DNA of 64,000 nt, taken from the NCBI RefSeq assembly GCF_009914755.1, contig NC_060927.1; one strand, 5' to 3'. The stretch's first letter is position 1, and each line of letters opens with the position of its first letter. A model generated the notes under the pieces. The model saw nothing but the letters and a program-made list of their open reading frames with translations. It was not told the origin of the DNA and did no database searches. The translations under genes and the position numbers were made by a program. Below are positions 28,212-64,000 of the stretch, piece after piece. The stretch comes from the human T2T-CHM13v2.0 reference genome, Homo sapiens.

Positions 28212-29753
28212 TCAATGATAACAAACATTTGTTAAACTCCAACATATTATCAGGGAGTGCACTAGGACTCAGAGCATAGAGATGAAATCATTTCTGCCTT
28301 CAAGAAACTCATGATTAAGAGGATAGTAATTAATGTTGATTTTATTAGGTATGATAATGTGATTATGGTTACCTAATATGCCCCTTTAAAAGACACTGAA
28401 GTATTTACAGGTGAAATTTCATGATGTCTGGGTTTTGCTTTCAAATATTTTAGGAAAACAGAAAACCAAGAAAGAGATAATTGAGGCAGGTATTGCAAAA
28501 TGTTGATGAGTTGAATTAGAGACTGGTATATGTGGATTCATTATTCTCTCTACTTTTGTAAATATAAATAGTAACATTCTCTTTAGTCTTCTAGGAACAC
28601 CAGTATGTACATACACAATTACAATATAATAAAATAAAGATACAGGCACAAGTGACTATGGGAACAGAAAATGTCCCAAATCTACTTGAGTGAGATTGAA
28701 TAGGACCGAGGAAGGGTTAAGAACCGAACTCTGATGTCAGATTATCTGGGTCTAAATTCCAGCTCTTCTTAGCTATGTGACTTTGAGCATATAACTTAGC
28801 CTTTTTGAGCCTGTTTCTTCTGCAATAAAATGGGAATTATTATAGTGCCTAATTAAGGATCCAATATATTAATATCTGCAAAGCTCTTGGAATAGAGCCT
28901 GACACATAGTAGACATTACATAAACTGCTTACCATTACTTACTTATTGCTGTTATCAATGTTATTATAAGGGCTTTTCAGAGATGTGCTGAGGCAGAGAT
29001 GTTTCAAGAAAAGGTCAGAGAAAAGCAACATAACATAAGGCCCATCAGAGACAGGGGTGTGTGTGTGCTTGTCTGTTGAGGGGAGGAGGAGAAAGTTAAT
29101 GTGATTCCAATATTTCTAGCTTAGATGACCAGATGAATGATGGTATCATTAACTAAGAAGGGAATATAGATGAAGGAGGGTTTATCAGTCAAAATACAAT
29201 ACAAATTGTATTTCTAATTATATACACAAATGGGCAAGTATTTAGCAAACTGAATTACTTCAGAATTAAGACAAAGTTCCCAGAATGAGATGGTAGAACT
29301 CCAGTGAAAATGGACAGAATGTGATAAATGATAAAGATCTAAAAATATTTTAGGGAATAACTTTATCTAGAATAGTAAATATTATTGTCATATATCTCAC
29401 ACATATAACCTAAATAAGTGAGTTCATTTTAGTACTAGAAGACTGCAAATAACAGTTCAGAAATCTAGCAACTCAGATATTAGAAATAGTTTAAAATATA
29501 TATATATTTCTAAAAGGTTGTAATCAAATAAGGCAGCTATCATGGTTACCAATGGATTCTTCTAGGGAGGTACGAGAATTCTCAGTGGTGTCTAGGTTCT
29601 CATAAAAGTAGGGATAGAAAAGAGCAAAGATGAACTTTGGAATATTTTACTTTGAGTGCCCAGAGGTCTTACCACTGTCCAGGACCCAAAGTTTCTTCTT
29701 TTCTATAGCCAAGACACCTATTTAATAATCTCTCTTTAAAAACAGAAAAATGC

Positions 29754-30108
<355 letters not shown>

Positions 30109-30169
30109 TCATGTTCAACGGTCTATTCACGATTATAGCTATGTACCTGGTTTTAATCTGTAATGTTTT

Positions 30170-31740
30170 TGACTTAATTTTGAAACAATCTCAAACTTAC
30201 TTAAAAGTTGCAAGTACAGTACAAAAACCTTTCTCTCCAACCATTTGAGTAGTTGCTGACATGATGCCCCATCAACCCTGAATAGTGTTTTTCCTGCAAA
30301 CAAGGATTTCCTCCTATATAATCACAATCAAACCATCAAAATCAATAAAGTAACATTGGTTATATCACTACCATGTAATCATCAAACCCCATCAAGTTTC
30401 ATTCATTGCCCCAAATAACTTCCTTCACAGTAAAATAATCCAGTTCAGAATCACACATTGTCTTCAATTGTGTCTCTTAAGTCTCATTCAATCAGCAACA
30501 GATCCTCAGTATTTTCTTGACCTTCATGACCTCGACACTTTTCAAAGATTACAGTCAGCTACTTTGTAGAATGTCCTTCATTTAAGGTTATCTGGGCTGG
30601 GCACATTGGCTCACACCTGTAATGCCAGCACTTTGGGAGGCTGGAGGCTGAGGCAGGCAGATCACTTGAGCCCAGCAGTTAGAGATCAGCCTGGTAAGGG
30701 AGACCTCATCTCTACAAAAGCCACAAAAAATTAGCCAGGCCTGGTGGTGTGCATCTGTAGTCCCAGATACCTAGGAGGCTGAGGTGGGAGGATCACCTGA
30801 GCCCAGGAGGTCGAGGCTGCAGTGAGCTATATTGTGCCACTGCACTCCAGGCTAGGTGAGAGTGAGACTCTGTCTCAAAAAATAAAAAATAAAGTTATAT
30901 CTGATGTTTCCTCGTGACTAGGTTCAGGTTGAGCATCTTTGGTAGGAATGTCACAGAAGTAATGCTGTGTTCTCATTATTTCCAATCAGGTAGCACATGA
31001 TTTTGATATGTCCCATTACTGGTGATATTTAATTTTGATTAAGATGGTGTCTGCCAGGTTTCTCCACTGTAAAGTTACTCTTTTCCCCTTTATAATATAG
31101 TATTTTGTGTGGAGGAGGTACTTTAACCCTATGTAAATATTGTTTCTCATCAAATTTTTGAATTATTTATATCATTTATTTATATCAGTATGGACTCACA
31201 GTTTCCTACTTTAATAGGTTATAATCTCATTATTTATTATGATGTTCAAATTTCCCCAGATTTGGCCAATGGGAGTCCCCTTCAAGTCTGACATCATTTT
31301 TGAACACTTTCCACTTTCTGGCACAACAAGATGTCCCAGGTACATCTTGTTCTTTTCTTGTTCCAGGGACTTAGGATAAGCCATTCCTCCAAGGAGCCCT
31401 CCAAGCTTCTTTTTAGTGGAGAATGGTGTTTAGAGGGCAAAATCTGGGCTGTATGTGTGTTCGTTGCCATTGGGGGCATCTCTGCTTCCAGGCCCTCTCA
31501 GTGGAAGAGCTAGGAAACACATGCATGTGATACATATACACGTTTACATCTACATTTATTTCCATATATTTACTGAAATCTGTGAGTTCACATGGATACT
31601 TTAATTCCAATCCAGCACCAGAGGGTTCATTCCAATTTTCTCCCTTTCCATATTTGTAATCCCTTTGATAGTGAGAAACCTGGCTTCCATTATCTTCAAT
31701 ATATTTACTTACTTGATCTGTCCCATGTATATAACCAAAC
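30170..31740 (-). mobile_element. L1MC-type 3' region with AluJ insert (30595-30892)
   Basis: TCTCAAACTTAC...AAAAGTTGCAAGTACAGTACA and CCATTCCTCCAAGGAGCCCT...TTTTAGTGGAGAATGG. Confidence 0.7.
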
Positions 31741-32369
31741 TTTCATTGCCATCACCTCTTACTCACAGAGATGGCTTCCTTACCTCACTTGAGGACCAAT
31801 CCCCTGTGCTAGTGCTAGGTTCTTCAAAGCCCAAAAAGCCCTTCTCTTCCTACTTGGGCTCTGACACCCCAGACCTAGCCATGCTCCACGTGAATGCTGT
31901 TTTCACCTTGCTCTGAGGTATAAGGCTCTGAGACTCTGCCTCAGGCTTCCCTCCTTTATGGGTACTTCCCTCACCCCTTGGGTTCTGAAATCCTGCACCA
32001 AACTCCCACCCCACACAAAAGCCCTCCTCATCACGCTTGGGCTCCAAACTGCACTCTCATGCAGGTGCCCTCTTCACCCCACTTTTGTTCCAACATCCGG
32101 CCACCAAACACCCTCTTTACCAATTTTGTGCTCTGACAACCCCCTCCACAGATGCCTCCTCATCTTCACAGGCTCTGAAACCTCACACCAGGCCACTCCT
32201 CTGTGGGGATGTCCTCCTCACACAGCTTGGACTCCAACACCCTGTTCTGGGCCCCCATGGCTTCTCCACTTTGTATCTACTCCTACTTTACCTGGCTGCA
32301 CCTAATGGCTTTAAGGCTGCATTAGTATTCAGACAGGGAAGAGGAAAAACTATAAACCCATTTGTATTT

Positions 32370-34516
<2,147 letters not shown>

Positions 34517-34656
34517 GCAGAGCATGAAGTCATTTTTTATGACTTTTTTAAAGCATTGTCTTAACACATTGCTTTTTGTCCTGTTTATAGTGAATGTGAT
34601 TTAGCTAAATCACTAATGTAGTCTTTTCCCTTTAAATCAAAGGATCTTGTAAATGA

Positions 34657-36826
<2,170 letters not shown>

Positions 36827-38249
36827 TATGAGCAATTTTTTCCCCAATGATTTGACTGTTCCTTCCAGAATTCCCATGTGGGGTAAGTGTCATGAAAATC
36901 TTTTAACTTTGGGGCACCTCTACCCACTCACCACCCGCCAAACAAAAAACAAAACAAAAAACAAAACAAAAACTCCTAAAAACCTCAAAATGGCAATAAT
37001 CTTGGCTATTTTGGTAATTGTTTTGGTACACTTTTCCTCCAGAATTTCAAAGTACATATTTATTGATTTTGAAATTTTGGTTTTGGCCTCAAAAGCCCCC
37101 AAATCAAAGTGATAAAACATTAGCAAGAGTAACTAATGTTATTTAAAATAGCATCAGGATTCTCTAAGGTAATGAGCCCAATCTTCTGATTTAAAAAATA
37201 TTAGTTTTTAAAAAAATATGATAGAGACAAAAAAGCTTCCTTAAATGTATTAAAATATTTTAATATTTAATAGTTGATAATGAAAAAGATAATTTTTACT
37301 GAATGCTTATTGCGCTAGGAGCTACTCTAAAAGCTCATTAATCATCTTAACAATACTATTAATGTAAGTTCTCTAGTATTAAGCTCCATTTTTCAGATGG
37401 CAGAATGGAGAAACAGAGAAGTTAAATAACCTTACTTAAGTCACAGAGCTACTAAACAGTGGAGCCAGAATTTAAATCACAGCCCAAGCTTATTAGCTCA
37501 TAACCATGTTCTCATCTACCTCTCCACAGAAGGGCTATGATGCTATTTTGTGTTAAAGTTCTTGGCCTGCTCAGACAAATTAATTAATGTGTTCTTCTAA
37601 AAAGGAATCAAGGCAACCATAGATAAACAAAAGCATATACAATTTTCCTAGAAGTTTTTTTTTTTCTTTTTACCATCAAGAAAGTTGAAGCTGCAGAATT
37701 GTCCCACATTCTAAGGATGCTGTGGCAATGAGTAAAAGTGACATCAAGGTCAAGGTCAAAGGCAGAAGCTAGTTTGCAGTGGCACAATGAAGAACCAACC
37801 AGTTGGTCCTTAGTGCCCTCCCACCTCTTTTTGCAACCCATTCCTCAGAACTTTTTGTTTTACCCTCCAATTGTCCAAAGCTTCCCCCTACTCTGCTACT
37901 GGCTCTAATGTTTTAAAATAGATTAAATGACTGAAGTTCCCAAATTATCAATTTTCTTGAAATCTGCTCTTTCCTGAATCTGCTTTATCTCAGCTGGTAT
38001 TAAGAAAATAATGAATTATCTGTTAAAGTTAGTCCTATTAAGGAGTGATTTACTAGGTAACAACCAGAATTTTTTGCATTATACATTACACTCTTTAAAA
38101 GGAGTATGAATTTCCCAGAATTTTAGATTGATGGAGTCTTTTAGAGAATATTTGTGAGTAGGTGGTTTCCAGCTCGTTAGCCTGGAAATCATGTCCTCAC
38201 CATCCTTAGCTGGAATCTAGGATTCCTTTTCTAAATGTTTGCTTGACTC

Positions 38250-38705
<456 letters not shown>

Positions 38706-38829
38706 GACTCTTTAAAAATTTTTTTTAAATACAAAGTGATTTAGGAAAGGGAAATGATCATTCTCCATCTTGGATAGAGTTTTTCCTCATGTGGTTTGTG
38801 GATTACCCACTTCAGACTTAACTGGAGAG

Positions 38830-38947
38830 ATTCCCAGCCCTGACTCTGACCTACTACACCAAAATCTTCCAGCAGGGCTCAGGAATCTGTATGCTAACAA
38901 CCTTCCCAGATAACTTTTATGTGTGCATTAAGTTTGGAAACCACTGA
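38830..38947. mobile_element. MER5A-like DNA transposon fragment
   Basis: GGGCTCAGGAATCTGTATGCTAACAA...AAGTTTGGAAACCACTG. Confidence 0.7.
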
Positions 38948-39589
38948 CCTAAAGGGATAATTTTTAAAAGTAAAGCACCAGCATCACTTGGGTTATTGGA
39001 TTCTTTCCTATTACAGATCACAGACCAGAACTTCAAGGAGTATCATGTAAAAACCTAATTATAAGACCAAATATAATTTTAGGAGACTAATAATTAACAA
39101 CTCTATTTACAAGACTGTACGTCCTTTTGTTGTAAATTATACGTGTGAAATGTCTCAAGGTATATATGTGAAACATCTCAAAGAAATCTTTAGTGGATGT
39201 TGTTTAATCCTGACTTGCTTTCCATAAAATTAACCAGTTGCCCAAAGTTTTTACTCTACTACCCACACGAGTCGCCAGTAACCCCTAAGGCATTCTCTGA
39301 ACAAGCCTCATTTCCTGTATGAAAGAAAACTGGCTTAAAATGAACTGAGTTTGGTTAACTGCACAAAACGTAGGCTGAATAAACTTAAAGTGGTTATCAA
39401 AAAGGACTATGAATTTTGCAGCTTTGGAGATGTTTTAACTTAGGAAATACAACCATATTTTTGGATGAGCAGGGTATACAGTGGCCTAAAGCTAGAGAAT
39501 CCAAATGGAAGGTTAAAACTGGATTCTAGTACAAATAGGTTAAAACTAGATTTGACTAAACCTACCTCTCCATCCAACTGAATGTGAAC

Positions 39590-40445
<856 letters not shown>

Positions 40446-40563
40446 TTTTTTTTTTTCTTTCTTATACATTGTTTACACTCCTCACTTACTCCTGATTCTT
40501 AACAGTTGCCACAACCTTTCTTCATTTAAAATCTAACTCAGTTCAATCAGGAAGGTCACTTAC

Positions 40564-40752
40564 CTTGAAAGTCTTCCTTCTTTAGAGCTGGGGTGCATGG
40601 TGTTCTTGTTGGCAGAGTAGAAATGAGATATCAAGGAAAAAGAAACTGTAACACAACTGGGAACCCTTAACTCATTGTAAGAACTGCCTCCAAATCAACT
40701 TCCTCAAAAACTAAAGAACTCTTCGGGAGAGAGAGACTGGCTGATAAACAAT
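40564..40752 (-). other. HESX1: Candidate non-coding upstream exon of long HESX1 isoform
   Basis: Perfect donor AAG|GTAAGT after 40564 and candidate acceptor ttttccccttag| before 40752. A matching acceptor ctaaatccag| lies at 14296, 110 nt upstream of the HESX1 ATG. Confidence 0.55.
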
Positions 40753-42151
40753 CTAAGGGGAAAACTTTTAAAGATTGTAACACTAAAAATAATTCCGTAA
40801 AACTACAATGCAAGTCTACTCAACAAAACTTTAAAAATATAATTTTATTTTTCTTTCAAGAGATCATGGGAAAATCTACTATTTTCGTTTAAAATATATA
40901 ACTTCTATTTGTTACTATATTTGGATTTGAGCTACTACTATTCTGGATTTGTTCCCATGTATCTGTGGAACCAGGCAGCTAATTAATCTTTACTCAGCAT
41001 CTCTGGTATTTCTTGAATGAAAATGGAATGGATTGGTGGAATTAATGGCTAGATGTTTAGAAGACACTACTTACTTTGTTATTTTCTCTGTATAATGATG
41101 AAAGCCTACAACTATACAGAGACATAAACGAGCCAGGGTGACAGGTTGGGAAAGATGAAGAGGGAGGAGGAAAGGATAGGCTTGTAGCCCTCATCCGGTC
41201 AAATTCCCAACTTTGAGCTTCACTTTATTGTAAAATTAGAGGCTAAAACTATTTAACGCTTCCAAAACTTTTTGATTCAACAAATGCCAATTAGTTACTA
41301 ACATAATTAATCAGTGTATCCTGATTTTTAAAAGATATTTTCCTTTGTGATTTAAAAGAAACATGGGAGTTGGAGTTGCAGCGTCAGTCCTGAAGGACTG
41401 ACCTCGGGAGGCCAGGTAGGAACTGATAAACTGGCAACAAAATCACATGTTTTCAACTGAATATACTGATATTCAAGCGTCCAGAAAAACAATTTCGAGC
41501 CTACGTTCACAAGTTTGCCAGAAAGCCCTATTATTGACACAGCTGCGGATCTCAGACATCTGAGTTAGTCAGCACCATTCTGCTGGAGGGGATTAAGACT
41601 GGACGCTTCGAGCGGAGTTGGGAATGTTATCATCTGAGGAAACTAAAAGGCGCCAGCAGTAGGACTTTCTCCAAGGTCTCTGACAAAATATGTTGCGGGA
41701 AAAGTCAACCCGCCCCAAATTCCCCCGTGTGGCCCTAACTCGAGGCTCTGGCTCCTCGCGCCGGCAAGCTGAGGAAGAGACGGTCCCCTGCGATTTAGAT
41801 ACAAACGCGCGCGTGCAGGGAAGGCCATCCCAGGGCAGACACTGCCACCTCCGCCGCTTCCGACGCCCGCGCTCGCGGGAGAGCCTAGCGCCGCACGGGA
41901 ACCTCCCGACCACCGCCGCAGCGCGGATGGGCGTCCCCGGGAGCCAATGGACGCGCCGGGAGGCGGGGCAGGGAGGCCGAGGGGGCGGGATTTCCCGCAC
42001 GGCCGCTCGGCGCCTGGAGAAGGCTGTGCGGGCGGGGACGGCTGCAGCCCTTGCCGGAGAGGGCGGGCCGGGGTCAGCTGCGGCGGGCGGGCCGGCGCGG
42101 GGAGCTGTGGGCGGCAGCTGCGTCTCCTGCCACCGCCCTCCCTCCGCCACG

Positions 42152-63817
<21,666 letters not shown>

Positions 63818-64000
63818 GTTAGTATTTTTTTTCTACTACTACTAATCTATAGTATATTAAACTTCTGAAATGTGAGATAATTCCTTTTTGTTTAGAAATT
63901 TTATGGACATTTTAGGTTCATTATGTATTAAGATAAATTGCTTTTTAATCTTGTAGAAATATATTGAATTTTTGTCTCTGGCTTGGTTAAATGGTTTCTT

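Overview
Primate (human-type, 3p14.3) genomic DNA, identified by recognising the spliced proteins rather than by database search. It holds the complete four-exon coding region of the paired-like homeobox gene HESX1 on the minus strand (185 aa, 14186->12465). It also holds the CpG-island promoter and coding exons 1-11 of APPL1 on the plus strand (BAR domain and start of the PH domain, 42152->63817, continuing past the window). The genes are head-to-head about 28 kb apart. Most other sequence is interspersed repeat: about 60 Alus, L1, L2, MaLR LTRs, MER DNA transposons and STRs. Nearly all short ORFs in the track are repeat artefacts. I see no undescribed multi-gene system. The most interesting sequence-level observations are: (i) a head-to-head Alu pair whose 29-bp spacer is exactly the two target-site duplications but flipped, implying an Alu-mediated micro-inversion; (ii) splice sites that would link the APPL1 CpG island to HESX1 as a long, uORF-bearing isoform; (iii) two direct AluY copies bracketing HESX1 that share a non-consensus base; (iv) a templated 121-bp insertion inside an L1; (v) candidate enhancer motif clusters. 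Repeat boundaries are approximate and subfamilies were called by eye.
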